Shown piece after piece: positions 1 through 10,559 of a stretch of 39,367 nucleotides of DNA. The stretch comes from Candidatus Eiseniibacteriota bacterium (lineage in GTDB: Bacteria; Orphanbacterota; Orphanbacteria; Orphanbacterales; Orphanbacteraceae): the NCBI GenBank assembly GCA_043809585.1, contig JBDROZ010000096.1, positions 1-39,367 of the forward strand, given 5' to 3'. The position numbers and the translations under genes were made by a program. The notes beneath the pieces were generated by a model that had not been told where the DNA came from, made no database searches, and saw nothing but the letters and a program-made list of their open reading frames with translations. How positions within the stretch are numbered: the first letter of the stretch is position 1; each line of letters begins with the position of its first letter.

Positions 1-141
1 AGCACGCCATCTGCGACAGTGCTCGCATTCACCAATGCTCACATATCGTTGGATATGCTCTGCTTGGTGAATGCTGCGCGCTGCCGCATCTGACGCACTC
101 TCACGCGTTTGTTCTCGAGATTTTATGAAAGATCAAGGCTA
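1..141. repeat. Partial MITE-like palindromic repeat, inverted copy of 39224-39364
   Basis: Reverse complement of the window end aligns over about 140 bp. Internal hairpin gcattcaccaa (25-35) / ttggtgaatgc (64-74). Terminus tgaaagatcaaggcta. Confidence 0.85.
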
Positions 142-144
142 GGT

Positions 145-180
145 GACAGTCACCGCTTTCGAAACAGGTGACCGTCCCTG
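145..180. repeat. REP-like hairpin (gacagtcacc...ggtgaccgtc)
   Basis: 9/10-bp stem around a tttcgaaa palindrome. Same motif as the IRs flanking the Y1 transposase at 27574 and 28299. Confidence 0.55.
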
Positions 181-269
181 TCTTCCGTATGCTAGGCTCT
201 CGACATTATCGGGGGCTTTTCATGCTTTGCTGCAAGAGGAAATGGAGGAGCGTTCGATCATCCGTCCCG

Positions 270-1490
270 ATGCTCTTTTTCATGGCGCTGCTCGTCCCTC
301 GCGTCGCATCGGCGGAGGTCTCCCTTTACGAAGCCATTTTCGCCGGCGACGCCGGGGCGGCCGACTCGATCCTCCGCGCGGGACTCATGCCGGACGCGCT
401 CCTCTGGAACCGAGGAAGGCCCGCCGGCTATCCTCTCCCCTTCGCGATCCAGCTCGGGCGTTATGATGTGGTGCGCCTCCTCCTCGATGCGGGGGCGAAC
501 CCGAACCATCCCCCCCATCCGTCCCCCCTCCGAACGGCGATCGAGCGGGGGGATCCGGACATGGTCCGGCTTCTCCTCGTCCGCGGGGCCGATCTCGAGA
601 ATCGGGACGGAGCCGGCGAGACGCCCCTCTTTCTCACCGCCCGGCGGGGGAAAGGCGCGGTTGCGTCGGTCCTCCTCGGATTCGGCGCCGACGGGAGGGC
701 GCGGGGAGAGGATGGATCGTCCCTCCTCGAGGTCGCGATCCGCTCGGGGAGTCTTGCCGTAGCGAATCTTCTCGTCCGGAAGGGCGTAACCCTCGACGAG
801 CGGGCCGTTCAAGCCGCCGTCGATAGGGGCCTCAATGAGTGGCCCCCCGTCCGGGTCTGGCTCGAAGAAGGGAGGGAGGCGAGGGTGCGCATGGTGTGCG
901 GGGAGGTGATGGGTTCGCGGAGCTATACCGAGGTCGCCCGTTTCCTCCGGCGGGACCCGGACATCCCCTGCCGGCGCGCCCTCGAGGCCCGGCTCGGTGG
1001 TTTCGAGCGGGAATTGGTCGTCGAGACCCGGAGGATCCCGTGGAACGGGGAGGAGAGAGCCCGTCCCGCCGCGCCGGGCCGCGTGTACGCGGAAGTTCCC
1101 CTCGACGGAATCGGCGCCCTCGAAGCGGCGGAGAAGGTCACCGCCGGACCGCTCCGGGCTCGGCACGTCCATGGCCGGGTGGCGGTCCCTCTCGGCGATT
1201 TCCTCATTATAGAGGCGTCGGCGTCCGTTCCTGAGACCGATGTCCGTGCCGACGCGACGACCCTCCAGGTGACTCCGGCCGGGGAGGGCTTCCTCTCCGT
1301 CGAGTCGATGGATCACCAGGGCTTCTGGACCCTGAACGACCTCGCCCTCGTCGTCGTCGGCACCACGATCCGGGTGACCGGGGACGAGCCGGTCCACCTC
1401 TTCGGCGTTGACCTCCTGGGTGCCCTCCGGATCACGCCGGACGGTATCGTGATTGAACCGGGGAGCACCCTCTTCGTTTTTCCCTGGTGA
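270..1490 (+). CDS. Ankyrin-repeat protein, probably exported (start uncertain: 168, 222 or 270)
   Basis: Ankyrin repeats (VVRLLLDAGANPN, SPLRTAIERGDPDMVRLLLVRGADLE, GETPLFLTARRG). Signal-like N-terminus ending ASA. Confidence 0.8.
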   Translation: MLFFMALLVPRVASAEVSLYEAIFAGDAGAADSILRAGLMPDALLWNRGRPAGYPLPFAIQLGRYDVVRLLLDAGANPNHPPHPSPLRTAIERGDPDMVRLLLVRGADLENRDGAGETPLFLTARRGKGAVASVLLGFGADGRARGEDGSSLLEVAIRSGSLAVANLLVRKGVTLDERAVQAAVDRGLNEWPPVRVWLEEGREARVRMVCGEVMGSRSYTEVARFLRRDPDIPCRRALEARLGGFERELVVETRRIPWNGEERARPAAPGRVYAEVPLDGIGALEAAEKVTAGPLRARHVHGRVAVPLGDFLIIEASASVPETDVRADATTLQVTPAGEGFLSVESMDHQGFWTLNDLALVVVGTTIRVTGDEPVHLFGVDLLGALRITPDGIVIEPGSTLFVFPW

Positions 1491-1544
1491 GTTCCCGAGG
1501 TACCCGATACCTGAATACGCCTCGGGCCTCTCTCCCCTGCGCCT

Positions 1545-2078
1545 CTATTGGACGGTGATCACCAGGTTCGCCATCTTCTCTTCCTTGGAAAACATGACCA
1601 TGACGACCGCCTCGCCCTTCTGGCCGTTCACCATGCCCCCCTCCGCGCCCATGTCGACCATCGTCGTCTCCCAGCCCATCTCATCGAGTTCCGCCCGGTA
1701 TCGGGTCCCGGCGTTGCCGTCTACGTCTTTGAAATGGAGATGATAGCTCCGGACGCCTTCTTCTTCGTTCTCGGTGCGGGTGACCCGTTCGATCTTCCCA
1801 TAGGAGAAGCGGGGAACATCGCCGGGAATCTCATCCGGCCACGAATCGGTCTCCTCCGATTCCATCGAGAAGCCGTCCCCCTTCATGGAGATCTTGCCCT
1901 TCTCGATGTCGACGTCCGCGTCGCCGCCGGCCGCCCGGGCGATCATCTTCTCCGCGACCTTCTCGGCAGCCCTCTCGCCCGCGTCCTTGCCGCCGCACGA
2001 GGCCGCGAGCAGGACCGCCAGAGCCAGGGCGCCGATGATCCGAGCGAATCGATCCGTCTTGCTGGACATGGTTTTCAT
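1545..2078 (-). CDS. Hypothetical lipoprotein
   Basis: AAGGAGG RBS, hydrophobic leader and LAASC lipobox. Confidence 0.8.
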   Translation of the reverse strand: MKTMSSKTDRFARIIGALALAVLLAASCGGKDAGERAAEKVAEKMIARAAGGDADVDIEKGKISMKGDGFSMESEETDSWPDEIPGDVPRFSYGKIERVTRTENEEEGVRSYHLHFKDVDGNAGTRYRAELDEMGWETTMVDMGAEGGMVNGQKGEAVVMVMFSKEEKMANLVITVQ

Positions 2079-2538
2079 TCCTCCTTAGAACTCATTTCAA
2101 AACCCCTTCCTGCTGCGGGCGGCTGCAGGGACGACTGGCTTCGTCCTCGGGCGAGAATGTCCTGGGCGGCCCGTCCAGGGCCGCTTCCGGGCATTCTCGC
2201 CCTCGATCCTCGCTTTCCGGCCCTTCGCTCGCCCTCGCGACGAAAGGGGTTTTGAAATGAGTTCTAGAGCGTCACGCCTTCCCGAGCTCCGGGTCTTTCA
2301 CGTGGGGGTGATTGTAGTCCTGCCGTCTCCCGAGTCCAAGGGGAACCTCGAGAAGGGAAAAGCGGGACCCGGCCAGGTCCTGTCCGGACGCCGCCACGGC
2401 GTGGTCACCCGCCCGAACTCACGAATAACCGCCGTCAGGGCAAGAGTCTGTGCCTCGGTCGGTTCCCCTCTCTCTCCCTCCGCGCGGGCCCGGGCACGTC
2501 CCTTGCATCCCGGTGAGGGGAGAGGAAGGAGGGCGTCC

Positions 2539-4437
2539 ATGAGGTCGCGACGGGTGCGGTGGTTCGGGCGGATGGGAAAGGTGATCGCCATGGGCGCCCT
2601 CGGATTCGGGAGCGGTGAGGGCGCCGACTTTCGATTGGAGTTCGACGGCGGAGCGCCGAGCGGCGCGGCGGGGGAGACGGGGCGGATCGGAGTCCTTCTC
2701 CGCTATGAAGGGGAAGATCGCTCTCCGGAGGGGATACTCACGTTCGAGCGGTTGTCCCGCACTCTCCCTCCTTGGCGCGCTTCGTTTCCCGTTCCTTCAT
2801 TGGAGGCGGGCTCCGGCCTTCGCGCGGGAACCCCCTTCATTTTCCCTTGGGCTTTCGGCGACACGATCGCCGCCTCATTCCGTTCCATAGGAGGGGATGG
2901 ATCCGACGAAGTCCCGCCGGAGACGCTCTTCGTCGGGTCAACGGGTCCCGTCGAGGAGTTCGAGAGGGAACTCCCCGGCCCGATCCCCGTCGATCTCCGT
3001 CTCGCGGGGGGCCGCGCCGCCGTGATCCGGATCGACGGCGCGACGATCCACGATCTGGCCTCCGAACCGGGGGGGGAAGGGCGCGCCCTTCCGGGGAGCG
3101 ATCTCTCCCTCGGAGAGTCATTCGCCCTCGTCCAGGTCGGCGGCGAAATCGAGCGGTTCGATCTCGAAGGGGGTGGGATGGAGGTCCTCTCCGACCCGGC
3201 CTTCCCCTGTTGTCTCCCCGCGGCGGGGGACTCGTTCTCGATCTGGTTCCGGAGCTGCTGCGGGAGTTACGGCGAGTGGATGGTCCGCCGCCACGATGGA
3301 TTCCGAACGACGATCCCCCTCGGGCCGGCATCGGTGGGCCGCCCCTCGGTGGAAGGCCCGCGGGCCGCCTGGCTCGAGCACGATCTCTCGGGAAACCGGG
3401 TGCTCCTCGCCGATTTGGTCACGGGGAAGGCCGACACGCTCTTCGAGGCCCCCCTCCCCATGGATGACCCCCTGCTCGCCGGCGGGCGCGCGACCGGTGT
3501 CGTTCACGGGTTTTCGGGGTCCCGCGTCGTCGCGGTCAAGGGGAGCGGCCCCGCCGCCGACACGCTCTTCACCGCGGAAGGAGCCGCGATCCGCTCCCTT
3601 TCGCCGGCGGAGAACCTCCTCTTCTGGCTCGAGGAGCGGGAGAAGGGATGGATCGTGCGGGGACTCCGGCCTGACGGAAGAGTGCTCGAAGTCAGGCCGC
3701 TCGCCGCCCGGCGATGGTCCCTCCGGGCGGACGAGGACCTGGTCCTCTGGATCGAGCAGGAGGGAGACCGGTTCTTCCTCCGAGGATTCCGTTTCGAGCC
3801 CGTTCGCTTCGCGCCGGAAAGAGGGCCCCTCCCCTCACCCCTTCGGGCCCGCATCGAAGCGGTTCGGGTCGGCGAGGATCACGTGACCATCGAGTGGCGC
3901 ATCGACGGCGCGACCGAGCCGATCGACTTCGCGGTTCTCCGGAGCGGCGACACGGGATCGGCCCTGCGGGAGGAGGAGGAGGTCGGACGGGGGAGCGTCC
4001 CGGGGGCCGGCTACTACACTTTCGTCGATCGCATGCTCCCTTCGGGGGAAGGGCGGCAGCGGGTTCGGTACTCCCTCCGTCTCGAGGCCGAGGACGGGCC
4101 TCTCCGGATCGGGCCCGTTGCCGTGCTTCTCCCCGAGCGGTTCGCGCGGATCCGGGTGCTCGCCGCCGGTCCCAATCCCGCGAGGGGGACCGTTCGATTC
4201 GCCCTCGGCGTTCCGCCCGGGCCGGTCTCGGGCCGCGCCGGATTCCGGGTCTACGACGGGCGGGGGAGGCTCGTCCGCACCGTGGACCTCGGTCCCGTTC
4301 GCGCGGGGCTCATGGCGGTCCGGTGGGACGGAGAGGACGGGAGCGGGAGGGGGGCGGTGCCGGGCGTCTACTTCATCCGCATGATCGTCGGCGAGCGCTT
4401 CCGGGAGACCAGGAAGGTGGTGCTCCTCAGCCCCTGA
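2539..4437 (+). CDS. Surface/secreted protein with C-terminal FlgD Ig-like domain
   Basis: C-terminus GPNPARG...RVYDGRGRLVRT...VRWDGEDGSGRGAVPGVYFIRM...TRKVVLL. AAGGAGG precedes ATG 2539; start uncertain. Confidence 0.75.
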   Translation: MRSRRVRWFGRMGKVIAMGALGFGSGEGADFRLEFDGGAPSGAAGETGRIGVLLRYEGEDRSPEGILTFERLSRTLPPWRASFPVPSLEAGSGLRAGTPFIFPWAFGDTIAASFRSIGGDGSDEVPPETLFVGSTGPVEEFERELPGPIPVDLRLAGGRAAVIRIDGATIHDLASEPGGEGRALPGSDLSLGESFALVQVGGEIERFDLEGGGMEVLSDPAFPCCLPAAGDSFSIWFRSCCGSYGEWMVRRHDGFRTTIPLGPASVGRPSVEGPRAAWLEHDLSGNRVLLADLVTGKADTLFEAPLPMDDPLLAGGRATGVVHGFSGSRVVAVKGSGPAADTLFTAEGAAIRSLSPAENLLFWLEEREKGWIVRGLRPDGRVLEVRPLAARRWSLRADEDLVLWIEQEGDRFFLRGFRFEPVRFAPERGPLPSPLRARIEAVRVGEDHVTIEWRIDGATEPIDFAVLRSGDTGSALREEEEVGRGSVPGAGYYTFVDRMLPSGEGRQRVRYSLRLEAEDGPLRIGPVAVLLPERFARIRVLAAGPNPARGTVRFALGVPPGPVSGRAGFRVYDGRGRLVRTVDLGPVRAGLMAVRWDGEDGSGRGAVPGVYFIRMIVGERFRETRKVVLLSP

Positions 4438-4461
4438 CGGACCCGGCGCGGACGGTGGGTT

Positions 4462-6075
4462 TCAGGGAGTGGCGGCGGCGCCCGCGGTCAGCTTCTCGAG
4501 CTCGAGCAGTGCGGGGGTGAACGCCGGGTTCACCCGGAGGGCGTTCCGGAATGCCTCGGCGGCCCGACCGGTTTGGCCGAGCCGGGCGTAAAACATCCCC
4601 TGGTTCATGTAGACCAGGTGGAGGTTCGCGGAGCCCCGGCCTTCGCCGATCGCCCGTTCGAAAGCGCGCTCCGCCTCTTCGACATCTCCGTCGTCGGCGT
4701 AAAACGTGGCGATCTCCGCCTCCTGCTTCGCGAAGCCCTCTTCTTCGAGCAGGGAGATCTTGCCGAGGAGGAAGACCAGGACGAGAAGGATCGCCCCGCT
4801 CCCGGCCGCGCCCCACGATCGCCCGCGAAGACGCCCCCCGAACCAGAGGGCGCCATGGGCGGCGAAGGGAACGAGCCCGATTACGACCGGAAGCCGGTAG
4901 CGGGAAGTGACGTAGAGGGCGAGGAGAGAGAGGATGTAGGCGATCACGAAGAGATGAAGAAAGCCGGTCCGTCTCCAGTCCCGGAGCGAGACGACCATCC
5001 CGAGAACGGCGAAGGGGGAGACCCAGACGAATGAGGGGAGGAACCCCCGGAAGAGGGGGGAGACGCGCGCGAAGTACGCCTGGTCGTAGTTGTCGGGCAC
5101 CTCCCGGTCGTTCCATGCGAGGAGGAACTTCCGCCCCACGAGCTTCGCCTCCGCCCCCGGGTTCAGGATCGCGAAACGAACCGCCTTGGCGATCCAGAAC
5201 CGGGAGACCTCGGAGGGCTTCAAGGGGCGGCGGCCGAGCTCCTGCTCCGCGAGCTTCGCGGCGTCCCGCTCTTCGTACTCCGGCACGGTTCGGATCGTGA
5301 AGGGGGGCGTATGGATTCCCGTCGCCGCCGGGTTGTTGCCGACGTATACGTTGATCCCCGCGTCCGATTCGGTCATCACCCAGTCGCCGCCGACGATCCG
5401 GTTCCGGAGCGTGACCGGCGCGATCGCGAGGGCGCCGCCGAGGAGGAAGACCCCGGCGGTCCGGATCGAGGATCCCCGGAACGGGCGTACGCCGCGGGCG
5501 AGGATCCATAACGTGACGAAGGGAACGGCGAAGAGGAGATTCCCCCGGCCCGAGATCGCGACGCCGAAGAGGAATCCGGCGGCGCCGAGGGCGGGCCATC
5601 CCCCGGAGTCCGCCCACCGGGCGAGCCGGAGGAGGGAGAGAGAGAGGAAGAAGAAGACGACCACCGATTTCAGGATCATCTGGTCCTGAAAGATGAAGGT
5701 CGAGTAGAGGGCGGCGAGAACTCCGGCGAGGAGGCCTGTGCGAAACGTGAAAAGCCGCGCCCCGAGAAGAAAGAGAAGGACGCAGGTGACCGACCCGAGG
5801 GCGGCCTGGGCGACCCGCACCACCGTGAGGTCCCGGCCGAAGAGCGCGTAGAGGCCGCCGAGGAAATACGGGTAGAGGGGGGCTTGATAGAAGACGCGGC
5901 TCCCCCAGAAGTCGCCGTCCGCGATCCGTCCGGCCCAGCGGTCGTAGGAGGCGGAGTCGATCATCAGATGTTCGAAATAGGGGTGGTCCTTGAGGTCAAG
6001 GAGGAACCAGAGCCGAAGGAGGAGGGCGAGGGCGAAAACCGCCAGCGCCGCGACGATGCGTTTTCGGTCCGCCAT
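4462..6075 (-). CDS. GT-C fold (PMT_2/GT39-like) membrane glycosyltransferase with C-terminal TPR
   Basis: DSASYDRWA, FYQAPLYPYFLG, many TM helices, TPR tail, AAGGAGG RBS. Confidence 0.85.
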   Translation of the reverse strand: MADRKRIVAALAVFALALLLRLWFLLDLKDHPYFEHLMIDSASYDRWAGRIADGDFWGSRVFYQAPLYPYFLGGLYALFGRDLTVVRVAQAALGSVTCVLLFLLGARLFTFRTGLLAGVLAALYSTFIFQDQMILKSVVVFFFLSLSLLRLARWADSGGWPALGAAGFLFGVAISGRGNLLFAVPFVTLWILARGVRPFRGSSIRTAGVFLLGGALAIAPVTLRNRIVGGDWVMTESDAGINVYVGNNPAATGIHTPPFTIRTVPEYEERDAAKLAEQELGRRPLKPSEVSRFWIAKAVRFAILNPGAEAKLVGRKFLLAWNDREVPDNYDQAYFARVSPLFRGFLPSFVWVSPFAVLGMVVSLRDWRRTGFLHLFVIAYILSLLALYVTSRYRLPVVIGLVPFAAHGALWFGGRLRGRSWGAAGSGAILLVLVFLLGKISLLEEEGFAKQEAEIATFYADDGDVEEAERAFERAIGEGRGSANLHLVYMNQGMFYARLGQTGRAAEAFRNALRVNPAFTPALLELEKLTAGAAATP

Positions 6076-6299
6076 GGCCCCTCCTTCGCGATGCCAGGAG
6101 GAAGATATCCGGTGAAACGGGGCAAGTCAAACGGGACGGGCCGGGACCGGGCCGCCGGGGAGCCCTCCTTCCCCCGCGGGGAACCCGTGCCCCTCCGACT
6201 TCCTCCGCCGAGGCCCCCTTCCTGGCGCCTTCTCCGCACCGGGGGCCTTCCGGCGAGGCGGGAACGCCCGCCCGATCCGGGGGAGCGGGGGAGGGGACC

Positions 6300-7832
6300 G
6301 TGCTCGCTCGCGTAGTGTCGAGCGCCCTCCTCGGCGTGGACGCCTACCGGGTGACCGTCGAGGCGGACCTATCGGGCGGACTGCCGGCCTTCTCCCTCGT
6401 CGGCCTCCCCGACCCGTCGGTGCGCGAGTCCCGGGAACGGGTCGCCGCCGCGGTCAAGAACTCGGGATTCCACTTCCCGGCCCGGCGGATCACGATCAAC
6501 CTCGCCCCGGCGGACATTCGGAAGGAGGGGGCCCTCTACGACCTCCCCATCGCCCTCGGGATCCTGGTCTCCTCCGAGCAGGTGCCGCCGTTTCGGTCGT
6601 GTGAGACCCTCGTGGTCGGAGAGCTCTCCTTGGATGGCGATCTCCGACCGGTGCGGGGCGTTCTTCCCATGGCGATTCTCGCCCGGCGGCTCGGCCTGAA
6701 GAGGATCGTCCTGCCGCCGGAAAACGCGGAGGAGGCGGCGATCGTGGACGGGATCGACACCTTTCCGGTCCGCTCCCTCCGGGACGCCGTCGGCCTGCTT
6801 CTCGCCCCCGAGGAGGAGAGGCCCTACGAACGGAGGGGGGGCGAGGGGAACGGCGGCGCATGCGCACTCGACCTGGCCGATGTCCGGGGGCAGGAGCGGG
6901 CGCGTCGGGCGGTGGAGGTCGCCGCGGCGGGGGGGCACAACCTGATCTTTCTCGGGCCCCCCGGCTCGGGGAAGACGATGATCGCGAGGCGCCTCCCGTC
7001 GATCCTCCCCGAGCTTTCCCGTGAGGAGGCCCTCGACGTGACCCGCGTCTATTCGGTGGCCGGCCTCCTCCCGGCGGGCTCGTCGCTCATCCGGCGGCGC
7101 CCCTTCCGCGCGCCCCATCACTCGACGTCCGACGCGGGGCTCGTGGGTGGAGGGGCCTACCCGAAGCCCGGGGAGGTATCCCTCGCCCACCACGGCGTCC
7201 TCTTCCTCGACGAACTGCCCGAGTTCAAGAAGAACGTCTTGGAACTCCTCCGCCAACCCCTCGAGGAAGGGACCGTCCGCCTATCCCGGGCCGCCGTCCG
7301 GCTCTCCTACCCCGCCGCGTTCATGCTCGCCGCCGCCATGAACCCCTGCCCCTGCGGCTATCACGGCGAGACCAGGTGCACATGCTCCCACACACAGGTC
7401 GCCCGCTATGTCGGGCGCGTGTCGGGGCCTCTCATGGACCGGATCGACATCCACGTCGAGGTCCCGCGCGTGCCGTACAAAGATCTTGCCAAGATCGAGC
7501 CGGGGGAAGGATCGGAACCGATTCGGGAGAGGGTGATGCGGGCGAGGGAGATCCAAGTCGAGAGGTTCACGAAGTACCCCGGCCTCTTCACGAACGCGCG
7601 CATGGACTCGCGGGAGATCCGGAAGTACGCGGCGCCCGACGACGACTGCCGATTGTTACTCCGCGCCGCCATCGAGAAGCTCGGCCTCTCGGCCCGCGCC
7701 CACGACCGGATCCTCCGAGTCGCACGGACCATCGCCGACCTCGCGGGATGCGAGCATCTCGAAGCGCCGCATGTGGCCGAAGCAATCCAGTACCGGAGCC
7801 TCGACAGGCCGAGGTGGAGGGAGGGCGGGTGA
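6300..7832 (+). CDS. comM: YifB-family Mg-chelatase-like AAA+ ATPase ComM, intact
   Basis: RITINLAPADIRKEG, Walker A GPPGSGKT, RPFRAPHHS, Walker B LFLDELPEF, AAMNPCPCGY, SGPLMDRID, LSARAHDRILRVARTIADL. Confidence 0.97.
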   Translation: MLARVVSSALLGVDAYRVTVEADLSGGLPAFSLVGLPDPSVRESRERVAAAVKNSGFHFPARRITINLAPADIRKEGALYDLPIALGILVSSEQVPPFRSCETLVVGELSLDGDLRPVRGVLPMAILARRLGLKRIVLPPENAEEAAIVDGIDTFPVRSLRDAVGLLLAPEEERPYERRGGEGNGGACALDLADVRGQERARRAVEVAAAGGHNLIFLGPPGSGKTMIARRLPSILPELSREEALDVTRVYSVAGLLPAGSSLIRRRPFRAPHHSTSDAGLVGGGAYPKPGEVSLAHHGVLFLDELPEFKKNVLELLRQPLEEGTVRLSRAAVRLSYPAAFMLAAAMNPCPCGYHGETRCTCSHTQVARYVGRVSGPLMDRIDIHVEVPRVPYKDLAKIEPGEGSEPIRERVMRAREIQVERFTKYPGLFTNARMDSREIRKYAAPDDDCRLLLRAAIEKLGLSARAHDRILRVARTIADLAGCEHLEAPHVAEAIQYRSLDRPRWREGG

Positions 7833-8352
7833 GGGGAGCGGATCTAGGTCAGCTCGTTTTCCGGAGGGTTCTCGTTCTCTGCGCGACAGTCAGGGGCGGC
7901 GTGCGGGGGTCGGCCGGATGCCCGATCGACGAGTACCGGGAATGCCGCGAACGTGTGCCCGGGCCGCCGTCATTCTTCCCATCTCAGGCCGACTGCTCTC
8001 GCCAGAAGACAATGAACGGGGTAGCTGACAGATGCCAAGACTACAAAGCGTAAGGCCGCGTGGTCCTGCAGAACTTCTACGAATCTCAAGAGGTGTTCTG
8101 TGAGGCTCATGAGGACCCCCCTGATCGAACGATCGTCAGAATAGCAGCAGTTTTCGGTTCTGTCGAGGAGCAGTTCTCTCTCCCCTCCAGAATACGTCAA
8201 GCACATGCTTGAGCGAGAGAAGGGCTGGTGCGGCCGGGGACGGCTACCCGCGAGGCCCGGCCGTAGGAGGGAGGTGATCCCTCGCTCGGAGGGACGAGGT
8301 AGGAACTCATCCAGCGCAGAGGAAAAGTGAGGTGAAAAGGAGGGAGAGCATG

Positions 8353-8862
8353 CTACACGAGCCGGAGTTGAGGGGTGGTAGAGGGATCCTGCCGGGCCTC
8401 CGTCTCCCCGAATAGAATTCCATCGCGCGCCAACCAGCCGAGCACGGCACGGAAGCACGGGCTGCCGCATGTTCTCGGAAAGCGGATCGAATAGAGAGGC
8501 CCTCGACTGCCGTTCCATAAGGAATCGTCCTCGCGGAACAGATCATGATATGCATCGATGAAGTGGCCGACGTGGTATTCGAGGACCTCACCGCGGGATC
8601 TCAGCCAGGCCTCCACCCATACACGTTGCTCGTCTGTCGTAGAGCCGCGGCTCGGAACGAGAAAAACCTCGAAGTAGTCGGGCGGCCAGAAGCCGATTGA
8701 GTATTCGAACCCGTGAGGCTTGCACAACGAACCGATGATAAGGCCCTCGAAGGACTCGCACTCCTCGGCGGTGTCGGTCTCCCCGCAGAACACAAGAGAC
8801 AACATGAACCCGAATTGGCGGAACTCCCCCATGTGGAGCTTTTTCCGGAGCCTCTTCCTCAA
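8353..8862 (-). CDS. yggL: YggL/DUF469-family protein
   Basis: Signature RKRLRKKLHMGEFRQFGF and GSTTDEQRVWVEAWL. GGAGG RBS, TTG start. Confidence 0.75.
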   Translation of the reverse strand: MRKRLRKKLHMGEFRQFGFMLSLVFCGETDTAEECESFEGLIIGSLCKPHGFEYSIGFWPPDYFEVFLVPSRGSTTDEQRVWVEAWLRSRGEVLEYHVGHFIDAYHDLFREDDSLWNGSRGPLYSIRFPRTCGSPCFRAVLGWLARDGILFGETEARQDPSTTPQLRLV

Positions 8863-8918
8863 GCGAACGCGCCTCCCGAGTTAGATACAGGAGAATTGTA
8901 TCATCATCCTGGGAAGAT

Positions 8919-10067
8919 GTGACCATAAAGGGAACTTGCAACGAACCGAGCCAAGAGCTGGATCGCCCTGTCGGTTTTGGAATGACTGCTGATGTCTTAG
9001 TCGGCGCGACCCGCCCGGCGCAACCTGGCTTGCTCCCAGCCTGTCGAGAGTCAATTCTTCATGGTTTCTTGGACGACATCGTGGTAATATTCTCGAGAAT
9101 GGACTTGATGGTTTCTGTTGTCCGCCCCCAGATAAGGAGCTTCCTCATGTGTACAATGCTGAAGGAAGTGCCCGGATCGGCATCTGAGTGTCTTCGCCTT
9201 GATCGGACCGATATCGACTTCTTCAACGTCACGCCCGAGACGGTGCGCATCGAAGTTACGCTCCGCAACGCGGGCCCGGTCCGTACGAAACCGGCGGAGC
9301 TTCCTCTGGAAGTCGCCCCTTTCGGCGCTTTTCTTCCCTGGAGTCCACTGACTACCCTGCATGTCCCGCCCATCGATCCCGGTGAGGCGCTCCTCGTGGA
9401 GGCCGAGGTCCCGGTGGCCCCGGTCCGACCGATCGGCAACCTCTTCACGACGCCGCCGGGTCGCCTGCTCACAGCCCTCGGCCTCTCCGGGGAAGATGAG
9501 GGTTCGAAGGATGTCCCCAGGTCCGCGTCTCCTCTTCGGAGCTTTCTCGAGGCGGATAGTCCTGACCGAACTCCACGATCCGGTGAGAATCCCGCACATG
9601 GGCTTTTGCCCGCGGATCCCCTCGCCCTTCTCGGTCGGGCTGGTGCCCACTGGGCAGGCAATATCAACGTTTTTGCCGGTTCTCATGCCGTCGAGAGGCA
9701 CAAGGCTCGGGCTCTCCGGATCTACCCCGGGCGCCCGAATGCGGTGATGTTCATTGTCGGTGGGCCCGAAATGGACGCCTACTCCTTCACCCTTGAAGGC
9801 GAGGGCGCTTCGTGGGATTGCTCGCTCTTTCGTGCCCCGCTGGATGGGCCGTTCACCGTGGACTTCTCCGATTGTCGAGTCATCGAGCCCGGACGGTGGT
9901 ACCCGGCTCGGCTCATGGCGATCTACTACCTCATGATGCGTCCGCAGATGGATGCGGAGAGGGGTTCTGTGGAGGTTCACGTGCAGCAGGCGTCCACCCT
10001 CAAGAGCGCGTGTGTCGAGTTCAGCCTCGATGCGGAGGCGCAAGGACCAGGGTGCTTTACAATCTAG
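8919..10067 (+). CDS. Hypothetical protein (true start probably near 9147)
   Basis: Long ORF with globular composition and an Ig/CARDB-like segment (VRIEVTLRNAG...VPPIDPGE). Confidence 0.6.
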   Translation: MTIKGTCNEPSQELDRPVGFGMTADVLVGATRPAQPGLLPACRESILHGFLDDIVVIFSRMDLMVSVVRPQIRSFLMCTMLKEVPGSASECLRLDRTDIDFFNVTPETVRIEVTLRNAGPVRTKPAELPLEVAPFGAFLPWSPLTTLHVPPIDPGEALLVEAEVPVAPVRPIGNLFTTPPGRLLTALGLSGEDEGSKDVPRSASPLRSFLEADSPDRTPRSGENPAHGLLPADPLALLGRAGAHWAGNINVFAGSHAVERHKARALRIYPGRPNAVMFIVGGPEMDAYSFTLEGEGASWDCSLFRAPLDGPFTVDFSDCRVIEPGRWYPARLMAIYYLMMRPQMDAERGSVEVHVQQASTLKSACVEFSLDAEAQGPGCFTI

Positions 10068-10085
10068 CGTGCGGGGGGCGCGGTC

Positions 10086-10559
10086 ATGCGAGAGGGGCCC
10101 AGAGCGGAGGGCGGCTTGCAGCTCGGTGTTCCACTACTCGTTCTCTTTTCGATCGTGTTGATGCTGGGCGGGAGAGCTGAGGCTCACGCGGACGACTGGT
10201 CGATTCTCAGCATGAACAGTAGCATGGGGCGCGAGCAGGTGGAAGGCGAGATGTGGGGGATGGAGATCCTCCTGGCGGCGACGAAGGACGGCTTCTCTGC
10301 CGTCGTCCAGCACGCCGAGATCGTCCCCGATGTGCCGTTCCTCGCCAAGGTTTCTGTGGACAGGGCCTCTCTGGTCTTCACCCCGCTCGAACCAGACCCC
10401 GTCTTCCGCATCTTCACCGGCGAGCTCATGGGGGATTCTCTCGTCGTGTGGCATGGGTCATCCGAGCACCACATGGAGTACCACTCCCTCCACCGCGGCC
10501 CGAGCTTCTGGCAGTGGTTTCCGGAGTCCGGGGAGAACGCCCACGATGAATCGCCGTGA
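10086..10559 (+). CDS. Hypothetical exported protein
   Basis: Hydrophobic signal ending AHA; lies directly after the previous ORF. Confidence 0.6.
   Translation: MREGPRAEGGLQLGVPLLVLFSIVLMLGGRAEAHADDWSILSMNSSMGREQVEGEMWGMEILLAATKDGFSAVVQHAEIVPDVPFLAKVSVDRASLVFTPLEPDPVFRIFTGELMGDSLVVWHGSSEHHMEYHSLHRGPSFWQWFPESGENAHDESP

Noticed and set aside
7840-8350. Short ORFs after comM
   Set aside because: No recognisable motif, and no integrase remnant was seen.
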